Counted from the first letter of the stretch, positions 11,204-22,997 are shown. The stretch is 64,000 nucleotides of DNA from an uncultured Actinomycetes bacterium (GCA_963816275.1 CAWFJU010000005.1:297636-361635); one strand, 5' to 3'. Notes: generated by a model not told the origin, from the letters alone. Numbers and translations: made by a program.

Positions 11204-12300
11204 TCAGGCCCGGATCGTGCGCGCGAGGGTCGCCGCGCGCAGGTCTCCGGTCTGCGCCTGGATCAGGTAGAAGGTCGCCTCGCGGGAGAGCCGCTGCGCC
11301 GGGTGATCGAGCGACATCGCGCCGCCGCCGCTCGCGGCGACCAGGGCGTCGGTCGCCCGCCGCGCCAGATCCAGCCCGCGGTCACGTTCGGCGCTCCCCT
11401 CGGCGATCGCGCGCTCGAGGGCTGCGGCGGCGTCGTCGGCGTACGAGCGAGCGCCGCGGCCACGGCCGTGCGACGTTCGTCGGCCGCCGACGCGGCGGAT
11501 CTCGAGCTGGGCTCGCAGCGTCGCGGCCGGATCGGGCGCGCGCTCCTCGAGGAGCCGGATCGCCCGGTCGGCGATCCCGAGCGGCGCCGCCGACGGCATC
11601 GCGGATCCGGCCAGGTCCCGCCGGCGCCAGCGCCTCGGCGGTCTGCACACTCACGACGTCCTGCGGAGTCGCGCGCAGCCCGTGGAGCGGCGAGCGCCAC
11701 CGTGCCGGTCGCGCCCATCGCGGCGAGACGCTGCGGCTCGCCCGCCGCGAGGTCGTCCCGCTCGTACGGGTCGGTCGACCGCGACCGTCACCACGCGGCC
11801 GTCGTCGGCGCGCGCCATCAGGACGAACACCTCCGCGAGTCCCCACCCGGTGATCCAGGGCGCCTCGCCGTCGAGGCGCCAGCCGTCGCCGTCGGGCGTC
11901 GCGCGCACCGCGGGCGGGCCGGGACGGCGCAGGTAGGCGAAGCCGATACCGGCGAGCGTCGAGCCGTCGCAGAGCCGTGGGAGCCAGGCCGTCGCGGGCC
12001 GGTCCGTCGCCCGGCCGCCACCCGCCGGACCGCCCCGTGGTGCTGCGCGTAGACGAACGCGGTCGCGCCGCATCCGCCGGTGATCGGCCTCCAGCACCGG
12101 ACGCGCGGCGACGTGGTCGGCGCCGAGCCCGCCCGGGACGTCGGCCGGACCCTGCAGGCCGTGCAGCCCGGCATCGCGGAGCGCCTCGAGGTTCGAGCGC
12201 GGGACCAGCGGTGCGACGTCGGTGGCCTGCGCCGCGGGGAACAGGACCTCGTCGGCGACGCGACGAGCGCGTTCGAGGGCCGAGCGAGAGGATCGGTCAC
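11204..12300 (-). pseudogene. acyl-CoA dehydrogenase family protein, several frame changes
   Basis: Fragments such as ITGGCGATAFVYAQHHGAV, PWITGWGLAEVFVLMARADDGRVVTVAV and a C-terminal SLDHPAQRLSREATFYLIQAQTGDLRAATL fall in three frames. Confidence 0.5.
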
Positions 12301-12331
12301 GCTCGTCAGCCTACGGGGCGACCGCGGCGGA

Positions 12332-13524
12332 TCAGCGGTCGACGTCGCCGACGACGAAGAAGACGGACCCGAGGATCGAGATCAGGTCGGGCAGGAGCGT
12401 GCCCGGCAGCATCGCGGGGATCACGCTCACGTTCGAGAACGACGCGGTGCGCATCTTCAGGCGGTAGGGCTGCTTCTTGCCGTCGCCGACCACGTAGTAG
12501 CCCATCAGGCCGAGCGGGTTCTCGGTGCGCACGTAGACCTCACCGTCGAGCTTCAGCGTCTTCGGCAGCTTCGCCGCCCGGAACGCGCCGGGAGGGAGCT
12601 TGTCCATGCACTGCTCGATGATGTTGCAGCGACTGCTTCATGCGCTCGACGAGGATCCACAGGCGGTCGTACGAGTCGCCGGTCTGCCCGACCGGGACCT
12701 CGAACTCGACCTCGGCGTACTTCTCGTAGGGCTCGTCCTTGCGCGGGTCCATCGCGACGCCGGACGCCTGCAGCACCGGACCCGATGTCCCGTACTGCAC
12801 CGCCATCTCGGTCGGGATGATCCCGACGTTGCGGCACCGCTTGAAGATGATCTCGTTGCCCATGATCAGGGTCTCGAAGTCGCTGGATCGACTTCCGCAC
12901 CGCGGCGAGCACCACCGCGCTCTGCTTCAGGAAGCCGCGCGGCAGGTCGTCCTTCAGGCCGCCGACCCGGCAGTACGAGTGGTGCATCCGGGCGCCGGTG
13001 GCGGACTCCATCAGGTCCTGGATCATCTCGCGCTCGCGGAACGCGTAGAAGAGCGGCGTCATCGCGCCGAGCTCCAGCGGGTACGAACCGCTGAACATCA
13101 GGTGGTTCAGGATCCGGTTCCACTCGGCGAACATCGTCCGGATCCACTGGGCGCGGTCGGGGACCTCGATGTCGGCGAGCCGCTCGACCGCGATCACGAA
13201 GCCGAGCTCGTTGTTGAACGCGCTGATCCAGTCGTGACGGTTCATCAGCACGAGCGTCTGCCGGGTGTCGCGGAACTCCGCGAGCTTCTCGGCGGCGCGG
13301 TGCATGTACCCGATCACCGGCTCGGCGCGCGTGATGACCTCACCGTCGAGTTCGAGCACCACGCGGAGCACGCCGTGCGTCGACGGGTGCTGCGGCCCGA
13401 TGTTGAGGATCATCTCCTCGGTGGTCAGGTCGCCGGCGGGCACGACCTCGACGTCGAGCCCGCCGCCCCGGACCATCGAAGTGACCTGGTTCTGGAACGC
13501 GGGACGCTGGTCGATGTCCGCCAT
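12332..13524 (-). pseudogene. nuoD: NuoD-like (NADH-quinone oxidoreductase 49 kDa subunit family) gene with 2 frame changes. It is an orphan with no nuoB or nuoC neighbours.
   Basis: N-terminal [46 protein letters not shown], a mid section [26 protein letters not shown], and a C-terminal LGLMGYYVVGDGKKQPYRLKMRTASFSNVSVIPAMLPG...VVGDVDR. Confidence 0.7.
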
Positions 13525-13592
13525 GGCGCATCATCCTACCGAACGGTGGTCGGCCGGTGTCTCGGAGACCCCCGGGCAGTAGGCTCCCCAGC

Positions 13593-14978
13593 ATGGCCGA
13601 CGCACGCCGTTCCCTGCCTTCGGTGGACGCGCTCCTCAGGAGCGAACCGGGCAGGCGCGCGGCGGCATCGCTCGGCCGGCCCCTCTTGAAGCGCTGCCTG
13701 GCTGTCACGCTCGGCGAGGCGCGCGCGGCCGCTGCCGCGGCGGCCGGCACCGAACCGCCCTCCGCCGACGACATCCTCGCCCGCGCCTGTCAGCGGGCCT
13801 CCCGCATCGCCTCCGGCCTCACCCCCGTGATCAACGCGACCGGGGTGATCCTGCATACGAACCTCGGGCGCGCGCCGTTGCCCGCGGACGCGGCGCGCGC
13901 CGCAGCCCGGTCCGCCGCCTCCTACGCCGACCTCGAGGTCGAGCGCGAGACCGGCAAGCGCGGCCGGCGAGGGTCTCGCGCCGAGGAACTGCTCGATCGC
14001 CCTCACCGGCGCCGAGGACGCGCTTATCGTGAACAACTGCGCGGCGGCCCTCATGCTGACACTCGCGGCCCTCGCCAAGCGCAAGGAGGTCTTGGTCTCG
14101 CGCGGGGAGCTGATCGAGATCGGGGGCGAGTTCCGGATCCCCGACATCATGGGCGCCTCGGGCGCCAAGCTCGTCGAGGTGGGAACCACGAACCGCACGC
14201 GGATCGGCGACTACCGGACGGCCGCCTCCGAGCGGACCGGCGCGATCCTGAAGGTGCACCCCTCGAACTACCGCGTGGTCGGGTTCACGGCCGAGGCGAG
14301 CGCCAAAGACCTGGCCACGCTCGCCGACAAGCGCGGGGTGCCGTTCCTCTACGACGTCGGATCTGGCTTGCTCGCGCACGGCCACGGGATGCCGCCCGAC
14401 GAGCCGAGCGTGGCCGACGCGCTCGCCGATGGCGCCGGCCTCGTGCTCTGCTCGGGCGACAAGCTGCTCGGCGGCCCGCAGGCTGGGGTCGTCGTGGGCC
14501 GGGCCGAGCTCATCCAGAAGCTCCGCCGGCATCCGGTCGCGCGCGCGGTGCGCATCGACGCGATGCAGGTCGCCGCCCTCGAGACGGTCCTCTCGATGTA
14601 CGCGACCGGCCGCGACGACGACATCCCCGTCCACCGGATGCTCCGCGAGTCCGCCGACGTCGGTGCATCACCGGGCGCAGGCGCTGTGCGAGGCGATCGG
14701 CGGCGACCTCGAGCACGCGCACGTCCACCGATGCCAGTCGGTGGTGGGCGGCGGATCGACGCCGGGCGCGAGCCTCGCCTCCTTCGGGGTCCGCGTGGCC
14801 GTTGCCCGACCCGGCCGGCTTCGCCGCACGGCTCCGCGTCGGCACGCCGTCGGTCTTCTGCCGCGTGGAGGACGGCGCCGTGCTGCTGGACCTGCGCACG
14901 GTCGCGCCCGCCGAGGAACCCCACCTGGCCCGCGCGCTCCTGTACGCGCTCGAGGGCGACGACCTCGACGAGGACTGA
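13593..14978 (+). pseudogene. selA: L-seryl-tRNA(Sec) selenium transferase SelA, with 4 or more frame changes
   Basis: LPSVDALLRS...TPVINATGVILHTNLGRAPL, then (in a new frame) ALTGAEDALIVNNCAAALMLTLAAL...GELIEIGGEFRIPDIMGASGAKLVEVGTTNRT..SNYRVVGF, with a C-terminus in the original frame. Confidence 0.75.
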
Positions 14979-14981
14979 GCG

Positions 14982-16840
14982 GTGGCCGAGCTCCGTGTCG
15001 TCGCCACCGCCGGGCACGTCGACCACGGCAAGTCGGCGCTGATCGCCCGCCTCACCGGCATGGACCCCGACCGGTGGGAGGAGGAGAAGCGGCGCGGTCT
15101 CACGATCGATCTGGGCTACGCCTGGGCGACGCTCCCGGGCGGCCGAGAGATCGGGTTCGTCGACGTCCCCGGCCACGAGCGCTTCATCGGGAACATGCTC
15201 GCGGGCGTCGGCCCGGTGCGACTCGTCCTGTTCGTCGTGGCGGCCGACGAGGGCTGGAAGCCGCAGTCCGAGGAGCACCTCGAGATCCTGGACGTGCTGG
15301 GTGTCTCGGGAGGCGTGGTCGCCCTCACGAAGCGGGACCTCGTGGACGACGAGACCCTCGCGCTCGCCGAGGCCGACGTGCGCGAGCGGCTCGCGGGCAC
15401 CGCGCTCGCGTCGGCGCCGATCGTGCCGGTCTCGGCCAGGACCGGCGAGGGGATCGACCGACTGGTCGCGGCGCTCGAGACGATGCTCGCCGGGGCCGGC
15501 GACCCCGAGCCCGGTCGAACCCGGCTCTTCGTCGACCGCGTGTTCACGATCAAGGGCGCGGGCACCGTCGTCACGGGAACGCTGGCGGGCGACTGCCTGT
15601 CGGTCGGCGACGAGGTCGAGCTGCTCCCCTCCGGCATCCGGGCGAGGATCCGGGCGCTGCAGACCCACAAGCAGGCCGAGGACCGCGCCTGTCCGGTGAG
15701 CCGGGTCGCGGTGAACCTCGCCGGGGTCGAGCGTCAGGACCTCGCACGCGGCGAGGTCCTCGGCCACGTCGGCACCCGCCGAGCGACCGCGACCTTCGAC
15801 GCCGTGATCCACCCGGTCCGAGGGATCACGCACACGGTGACGACCAAAGGGGCGTTCGCGGTGCACGTCGGGGACGGCCGAGGCCGGAGCCACGATCCGG
15901 TTCCTCGGCTCCGCCCGAGCTCGATCCCGGCGGTGAGGCCTTCGTGCGGGTGCACCTCTCGCATCCCGTGGTGCTGGAACCCTTCGATCGCTTCGTGCTG
16001 CGGGATGCCGGGCGGCAGGAGACCGTGGGCGGAGGGACGGTGCTCGACCCGTTCCCTCCGCTGCGCCCGGGCACCGACGCGCACATTCGGCTCTCGGCGC
16101 GCGCTTCCGCGGCGCCTCGACGATCTGCCCCGCCTCCTCACCACCGAACGCGGGGCGGTGCGAGCCACCGAGGCGCTACGGCTCACGGGCTCGGCGGCTC
16201 CCGCCCCGGTCCGGATCGGCGGGTGGTTCGTCCGCGACGACCTGGGCGGTGCGGTCGAACGCTCGCTCGCCGGGCAGCTCGAGGCGTTCCACGCGGCGCA
16301 CCCGTTGGAGGTAGGGCTGCCGATCGCCGGGGCTCGCGACGCGGTGGCCGACGCGCTCAAGGTGGCCGGCGCTCCCGCGGATCCCGGCCTGATCGACACG
16401 CTCCTGGACGACCTCGCGGCGCGCGGGGACATCGCGCGCAGTGCCGCGACGGTGCGACTCCCGGGCACCGGGCCGCGCTCGACGAACGGAGCGAGGACGT
16501 CGACCGTCTGCTCGCCGCCGTGAGCGGCGACCGCGAGTCGACGCCCCCCACGGTGAAAGAGCTCCAGGCCGACGGGCTCGGCCGTGACGTGATCGAGGCG
16601 GCGGCGCGCGCGGGCGTGGTCGTACGGATCTCACCCGAGCTCGTCTTCACCCCGGGTTTCGTCGCCAAGGCGGAGACGATCGTGCGAGAAGCCGGATCGG
16701 CCGGGATCACGGTGAGCGCGTTCCGCGAGGCGCTCGGGACGAGCCGGAAGTTCGCCCTCCCTCTGCTGGAGTGGTTCGACCACCGCGGGATCACCCGGCG
16801 CGAGGGCGACCTGCGATTCCCCCGCGATGCGGGCGCCTAG
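14982..16840 (+). pseudogene. selB: selenocysteine-specific elongation factor SelB, with 3 or more frame changes in the C-terminal half
   Basis: The GTPase domain is intact (VATAGHVDHGKSALIARLTG, DVPGHERF, TKRDLV). The downstream winged-helix region (EAFVRVHLSHPVVLEPFDRFVLRD...ITVSAFREALGTSRKFALPLLEWFD) is in other frames. Confidence 0.75.
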
Positions 16841-17308
16841 CCGGTCAGCTCGGCCGTGACCTGCACCTCGACGCAGGAGCCCAGCGGCAGCGACGCCATC
16901 CCGATCGCCGCGCGGGCGTGCTTCCCGGGCTCGCCCAGCACCTCGACGAGCACCTCGCTCGCGCCGTTCGCGACCGTCGGATGGTCGACGAAGTCCGCCG
17001 AGGAGGCGATGTAGACCGTGACCTGCGCGATGCCCGCGAGCCGGTCGAACCCGCCGAGGGCATCACGGAGCGCCGAGAGCGCTTGCAGCGCCGCCTGACG
17101 CGCGGCCGATCGGCCGTCTTCGAGGGGCACGTTCGCACCCACGTGCCCTGGGTGCATCAGGCGGCCGTCCCGCATCGGCACCTGCCCGGCCACGAACGCC
17201 ATGGATCCCGACGATCTTGACCGGGACGTAGGCGGCGACGGCCTGCGGCGGCGGGGGCAGCTCGATCCCGAGCTCGGACAGGCGGGCGGTGATGTCGGCG
17301 TCGTTCAT
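16837..17308 (-). CDS. RidA/YjgF-family protein, one frame change near 17200
   Basis: N-terminal MNDADITARLSELGIELPPPPQAVAAYVP, plus a 121-aa C-terminal ORF with the RidA fold sequence (IAQVTVYIASSADFVDHPTVANGASEVL...ASLPLGSCVEVQVTAEL). Confidence 0.6.
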
Positions 17309-17356
17309 GGGCGGCATCCTCCCACGGGCCTGGTCGGCCCGCATCGCCGCCCTCGA

Positions 17357-17626
17357 TCAGCCGGCCTGGCGGGCGCGGTCGCGGAGGACCGCCCTGCGCT
17401 CCATCTCGTTGAGACCGCCCCAGATCCCGTGCGTCTCACGGACCTCCAGCGCGTACTCGAGGCAGACCTCCCGCACCGGGCACCGAACGCAGAGGGCCTT
17501 CGCGACCGCCTCTCGGGCGTTCTTCTCCGCGCGCTTCTCGAAGTAGTTGGGGGCGAAGAAGTACGCCGAATCCTCGCCGCGGCAGGCGGCGAGGTGCTGC
17601 CACTGCGTGGTGCGGTCGTCGAGCAT
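17357..17626 (-). CDS. whiB: WhiB-family transcriptional regulator (4-Cys Fe-S)
   Basis: AACRGED...ALCVRCPVREVC gives four Cys. GIWGGLNEMERRAVL is the WhiB turn and DNA-binding tail. Confidence 0.8.
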   Translation of the reverse strand: MLDDRTTQWQHLAACRGEDSAYFFAPNYFEKRAEKNAREAVAKALCVRCPVREVCLEYALEVRETHGIWGGLNEMERRAVLRDRARQAG

Positions 17627-17962
17627 CTCACTTGGTAGTTCGGAAACGGCGGCCGTCGGGATTCCGAGAGCCGCCAGATGCATGGGACTCGCCACGCAAC
17701 CGCAACCTCGGGGCGACCGAGATGCGCCCGCTACTCGGCGGGTGCCGGCTCCGGATCGCGCAGGGTCGGGCGTGGCGCCCGGGTCCGGCTCGACGCGCAG
17801 GACGAGACCGTCGACCCCGCGCACCCTCACCGGGCGTGCCCGGGGCGATCGAGCCGGCGGTGCTCCGCCCGCGCCACATCGCGCCCTTCACGTAGACCGG
17901 ACCCTCGGGAGCGAGCTTGCCGCGCGCCTCGCCGACCAGCCCGATCAGGCCGCGCTGCGTGT

Positions 17963-19072
17963 TCACGATGCGGTCGCGCGACTGCATCGCCACGGTGAGC
18001 CCGAACCCGTAGTACAGGAGGCTCGCGATCGCGGCCCCAGCCGATCAGCCAGGGGGAGATCGCGATCGCATCGGCCACGCCGTGCCACGCGAGCACGGAA
18101 CCGGCGGCGAACGCGACGAGCCCGAACGCCGTCAGCAGCCCTAGGTTCCGGATCCGGACGTCGAGCATCATCAGCCCCACCCCGCCGACGCAGCAGCAGC
18201 ATCCCCGGCCAGAACGGCGGCACGACCCAGATCCCGTACGCCGCGAGCGCGACCATCCCGACCCCGGCGAACCCCGCGAACCCGAACCCGGGCTGCGTCA
18301 TCTCGAAGGCCAGGCAGGCGAGCCCGATCACGAGCAGGAAGTAGATCATCGACGGCGAGGCCACCCCGTGTGCGATCCGCATCACCGGGCCCATGTTGTC
18401 GAAGCGGATCGCCACGGTTCGCTCGTTCGCCTGCTGCTCGTCGGTCGCGATGCGCGTCCGCAGCTCGACCGGGCCGGCCGCCGTCTCGACGGTCGTGCCG
18501 TCGAGGGTGTTCAGCAGCTCGGGGACCGAGGTGGCCGCGACGCTCGCGATGCCCGAGTCGATCGCCTCCTGTGCGGGCATCGGGTGCTCGTCGTCACCCG
18601 TCGGGATCGGCTTGTCCTTGTCGCCCGCAGCCACCCGGCGATCGTCTCGTCGAGACCCGGGTATCCCTGGTCCGGGTGCGCGAGGTCGATCGGCTGCAGC
18701 GGCCCGGTCTGCGACCCGGGCGAGACCGCCGCCAGGAGCTGGCGTACATCAGCAGGAGCCCGGCGCCGGCGGCCTTCGCCGGGAGCGGGGCCGACCCACG
18801 CGATCGTCGGCACGTCGAGGTCGGCCACCAGCTGGCCGAGCGCCACCCCGTCCTGGTCGATCGTGCCCGAGGTGTCGATCTGCAGCACGACCACGGCGCC
18901 CTCGGCTTCGGCACCGGCGAGCCGGTCGTGCAGGTAGGACAGGAGCGGCCGGTCGATCGCGCCCTCGACCCGGAGCGACGACGACCGGGGTGCTCGCCGC
19001 CTCGGCGCCGGCTGAGCCCGGCCACAACACGAGCAGCGCGAGGGCGCACAGGAACAGGGCCAGGCGTCGCAT
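17963..19072 (-). pseudogene. NfeD-family membrane serine protease (ClpP-like N-terminal domain, TM segments, C-terminal OB domain), with 3 or more frame changes
   Basis: A signal-like N-terminus MRRLALFLCALALLVLWPGSAGAEA, then VEGAIDRPLLSYLHDRLAGAEAEGAVVVLQIDTSGT, TM segments FLLVIGLACLAFEMTQPGFGFAGFAGVGMVALAAYGI, and a frame-shifted C-terminal tail. Confidence 0.55.
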
Positions 19073-19123
19073 CCGCCCATCGTACCCGCAGGCAGGCCAG
19101 GGGTATCCTGGGCGCGACCCCTA

Positions 19124-21561
19124 TGGCCGGAGCCTCCCACACGCCTCGGACCGACCTGCGTCCGCTCACCGACCGACCCGCGTTCAAACCGTTCGCGGTC
19201 CTGTTGATCGTGCCCATCGTGCTGCTCGCGTCGGGGCTGATGGCGATCATCCTGGCCCCGCCGTTCGCGGGGATCGCGTTCGGCGCGCATCGCGTTCAGG
19301 CCAAGCTCGACCGGCTCGGCGCCGACTTCACGCGGATCCCCAGGTTCCCGGAGCGCTCGACGATCTACGCGTCGGACGGCACGACCGTCCTGGCCACCGT
19401 CTACCTGGACAACCGCGAGATCGTCCGCCTGAAGAAGATCGCCCCGATCGCGCGAGAAGGCGGTGCTCGCGATCGAGGACTCCGGCTTCTACGAGCACGG
19501 CGCGCTGAACTGGAGCTCGCTGGTGCGGGCCCTCGTCGAGAACTGCCAGGCGGGCGAGGTCGTGCAGGGCGGGTCGACGATCACGCAGCAGCTCGTGAAG
19601 AACACGATCGGCGGCAGCGACGCGCAGACCTTCGAGCGCAAGTTCCAGGAGCTCGCGCTCGCGCTCCGCGTCGAGGAGAAGTACTCGAAGGACGAGATCT
19701 TCGAGATGTACCTGAACGAGATCTACATGGGGAACGGGATCTACGGGATCGGGACGGCGGCGGAGTTCTACTTCGGCAAGCCCGCCTCCGAGCTCACCCT
19801 CGCCGAGGGCGCGCTGCTCGCCGGCATGGTCCGCGCGCCCGAGTACTACGACCCGCTCGACCGCCCCCGGAAGGCGCGGCTGCGGCGCAACGACGTGCTG
19901 AACCGGATGGCGGCCGACGGCATCATCAAGCAGACGAGAGCCGACAAGGTGAAGGCGAAGGACGTCGTGCTCGCGCGACGACGTCGGCAAGCTGAAGCTG
20001 AAGCGCCCGCCGTTCTTCGTGACGTACCTCACCGAGCAGATGATCCAGAACCCGGACGGGCAGTTCGACGTGCTCGGCAAGAGCGAGAAGGCGCGGCGGC
20101 GTTCCCTGTACGAGGGCGGCCTGGACATCTATTCGACGCTCGACCCGAAATGGCAGGCGTACGCACAGTCCGCGGCGAACCAGCCTTACTACGTCACCCC
20201 GTACACGCCGCCCGGCAAGCTGAAGCCCGACACCGCGATCGTCTCGCTCGACGTGAGCAGCGGGGCGATCCGGACGATGCTCTCCGGCCGGAACTACCGC
20301 GAGGACCAGCTGCGGCTGGCCACGACCGCACACCAGCCGGGCTCGTCGTACAAGCCCTACGTCCTGGCCGCGGCGTTCGAGCAGGGGATCCCGCCCACGC
20401 AGGTCTACGACAGCACCTCGCCGTACTTCCCGCCGGGAGGCTGGCCGGGGAGCGACTGCAACTGCGTGATGAACGCCGAGGGGCCCGGGAGTCGCGGATT
20501 CATCAACCTGTATCAGGCCACCACCGACTCGGTGAACGTGGTGTTCGCACAGCTGATCCAGGACGTGGGCGCATCGAACGTCGTCACGATGTCGCACAAG
20601 ATGGGGATCACGACCGACATCCCGGCGGTGGATGCCCTCGCGACCGGATCGGTCGATGTGACGCCCCTGGAGATGGCGTCGGGCTACCAGACGCTCGCGA
20701 ACGGCGGGGTTCACTGCCCGCCGTACAGCGTGGAATCGATCGTGGGCGACAAGGGCGAGCTGTACGTGCACGGCGACGACTGCGCGCCCGCGATCAAGCC
20801 GGAGATCGCGCACCAGATCTCGTCGATGCTCCAAAGCGTGGTGCAGTCGGGAACCGGCACCGCCGCGAACCTCGGGACGTGGCCGGTCGCGGGCAAGACC
20901 GGCACCGCGAACGGCAACACGAACGTGTGGTTCATGGGCTACACGCGGCAGGTCGTCACGGCGGTCTGGGTCGGGTCGCCGGGCGAGCCGTACTCGATGG
21001 GCGACGTCTTCGGCGGCACGCTCGCGGCGCCCATCTGGCACAACTACATGGCGCGCGTGATGCAGGGCATGCCGCCGGAGAGCTTCCCGACGCCGCCGGC
21101 GCCGCCGACCGGCCCCGTCCCTGACGTGGTCGGCATGAACAAGCCGGGCGCGGTGCAGAAGCTCGCCGCGGCCGGGTTCCAGCGCGAGGATCAAGGTCGT
21201 CGACTCCGCGGAGCCGAAGGGACTCGTCGTGGCGCAGATGCCCGCCGGCGGCACCGTCACCGCGCTCGGGAGCCTCATCACGCTCGAGGTAAGCAACGGC
21301 GTGCCGGCCGTGGTCGAGGTGCCGAAGGTCGTGGGCATGACGTCCGCCGACGCGGAGGCCGCCCTCGCCAAGGTCGGGCTCCTCGTGAAGATCGTCGAGA
21401 AGGAGGTCACCGACCCGGCGCGATACGGCATCGTGCTGGCGCAGGCACCCGAGGGCGGCACGAAGGCCGACCAGGGCACCACCGTCACGATCACCGTGGG
21501 CAAGAAGGTGGGCGGCAACGCGCCCACTCCCCGAGCCGCGCCGACCGCGCAGCGGCCTTAG
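19124..21561 (+). pseudogene. ponA: class A penicillin-binding protein (GT51 transglycosylase, transpeptidase and two C-terminal PASTA domains; PonA2-like), with 3 frame changes (near 19455, 19975 and 21185)
   Basis: TM N-terminus AFKPFAVLLIVPIVLLASGL. GT51 motifs AIEDSGFYEHGALN, GGSTITQQLVKN. TPase motifs KPYVLAAAFE, SVNVVFAQL, KTGT. PASTA repeats VPKVVGMTSADAEAALAKVGL. Confidence 0.8.
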
Positions 21562-21585
21562 CCGGTCGCGCACGGCCGGAGGCGG

Positions 21586-22041
21586 TCAGCCCTCGAGCCG
21601 CGCCTTGACCTTCTGCTGGACCGCGCCACCGTCGACCTGCCCCTTGGCCCTGCCCATGATGAAGCCCATGACCTTGCCCATCTCCTGGGGGGTCGAGGCG
21701 CCCGTGGCCGCGAAGGCCTCCTCGATCAGGGCATCGGTGGCCTCCTCGCTCAGCTGGGACGGAGCGAACGCCTCGAGCACGGCGCGCTCCTCGCGCTCCT
21801 TGTCGGCGAGCTCGGTACGCCCTGCGCCGTCGAAGGCCTCGATCGACTCCGTGCGCTTCTTCACCTCTTTGCCGGCAACCTCCCGGACCTCGTCGTCGCT
21901 GAGGTCATGCATGACCTCCTTCTCGCGATTCGTGATGGCGGCCGAGAGCATGCGGAGGGCGCCCAGCCGGACCTTGTCGCCCGCCTTCAGCGCCTCGGTC
22001 ATCTGCGTCTGGACCTGCGTCTTGAGCGTGTCGTCGCCCAC
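21586..22041 (-). CDS. GatB/YqeY domain protein
   Basis: An intact 151-aa ORF with the YqeY-like sequence (ALKAGDKVRLGALRMLSAAITNREKE). Confidence 0.6.
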   Translation of the reverse strand: MGDDTLKTQVQTQMTEALKAGDKVRLGALRMLSAAITNREKEVMHDLSDDEVREVAGKEVKKRTESIEAFDGAGRTELADKEREERAVLEAFAPSQLSEEATDALIEEAFAATGASTPQEMGKVMGFIMGRAKGQVDGGAVQQKVKARLEG

Positions 22042-22054
22042 GTAGACTCCTCCC

Positions 22055-22930
22055 GTGCTGCCCCTGATCCTGCTCGCGATCGTGGTGATCGGCGTCCTCT
22101 GCGTGCTCTACGGCACGCTGATCGAGCATTCCTGGTACCGGGTGCGCCGGTACCGCCTCGACATCCTACCGGCGGGGGGTCCGGGGCCCGATTCCCTCAC
22201 GGTGCTCCACCTGTCCGACCTGCACTTCGTGGCCCACGACGCCAAGAAGACGCGGTTCCTCGCGAGCCTCCCGCCGGCCGACGTGACGGTCGTGACCGGC
22301 GACTTCCTCGCCGAGCCGGATGCGGTCGAGACCGTGGTCGCGGCCGTGGAGCCGGTCCGGGGGCGGCTGGCCTCGTGGTTCGTGCTCGGCTCGAACGACT
22401 ACTTCGTCCCGGGGCCGCTCAACTACCTCGCGTACTTCCGGCGACACCGCAAGCCCCGGAAGGCGCCCCGCGGCCGGGCGCAGGACCTGGTGGCACAGCT
22501 GACCGGCGACGGATGGGCCGACCTCACTAACCTCCGGCGCGACGTCGACCTGGGCGGCCTCCCGGTCGAGCTGCTCGGCCTCGACGACGCGCACATCCGG
22601 TGGCACGATAGCCGCGTCACCTTGCGGAGCGCGCCCGATCGGTTCGGCATCGCGGTCATGCACTCGCCCGACTCGGCGCCCGAGACCGCGGTGCTCGGCT
22701 ATCCGCTCATGGTGGCCGGGCACACCCACGGCGGTCAGGTGCGGCTGCCGCTGGTCGGCGCGCTCGTGACGAACTGCTCGATGCCGCGCCGGCTCGTGAG
22801 CGGCCTGATCGGTATGGGCGGGTCGATCCTGCACACCTCACCCGGCCTCGGGACCAGCAAGTTCGCGCCGTTCCGGTTCTGCTGCCGGCCCGAGGCCACG
22901 TTCCTCGAGCTCGGCCGCGCGCCGGGCTGA
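22055..22930 (+). CDS. membrane-associated metallophosphoesterase (calcineurin-like)
   Basis: N-terminal TM segment, then phosphoesterase motifs LHLSDLHF, GDF, GSNDYF, GHTHGGQV. Confidence 0.7.
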   Translation: MLPLILLAIVVIGVLCVLYGTLIEHSWYRVRRYRLDILPAGGPGPDSLTVLHLSDLHFVAHDAKKTRFLASLPPADVTVVTGDFLAEPDAVETVVAAVEPVRGRLASWFVLGSNDYFVPGPLNYLAYFRRHRKPRKAPRGRAQDLVAQLTGDGWADLTNLRRDVDLGGLPVELLGLDDAHIRWHDSRVTLRSAPDRFGIAVMHSPDSAPETAVLGYPLMVAGHTHGGQVRLPLVGALVTNCSMPRRLVSGLIGMGGSILHTSPGLGTSKFAPFRFCCRPEATFLELGRAPG

Positions 22931-22997
22931 GCCGGCCACCTTGGCTCGGCCCGGGTCTGGTGACGGGCCGCGTCCGCTCGCTACACTGGCAGGCCCT

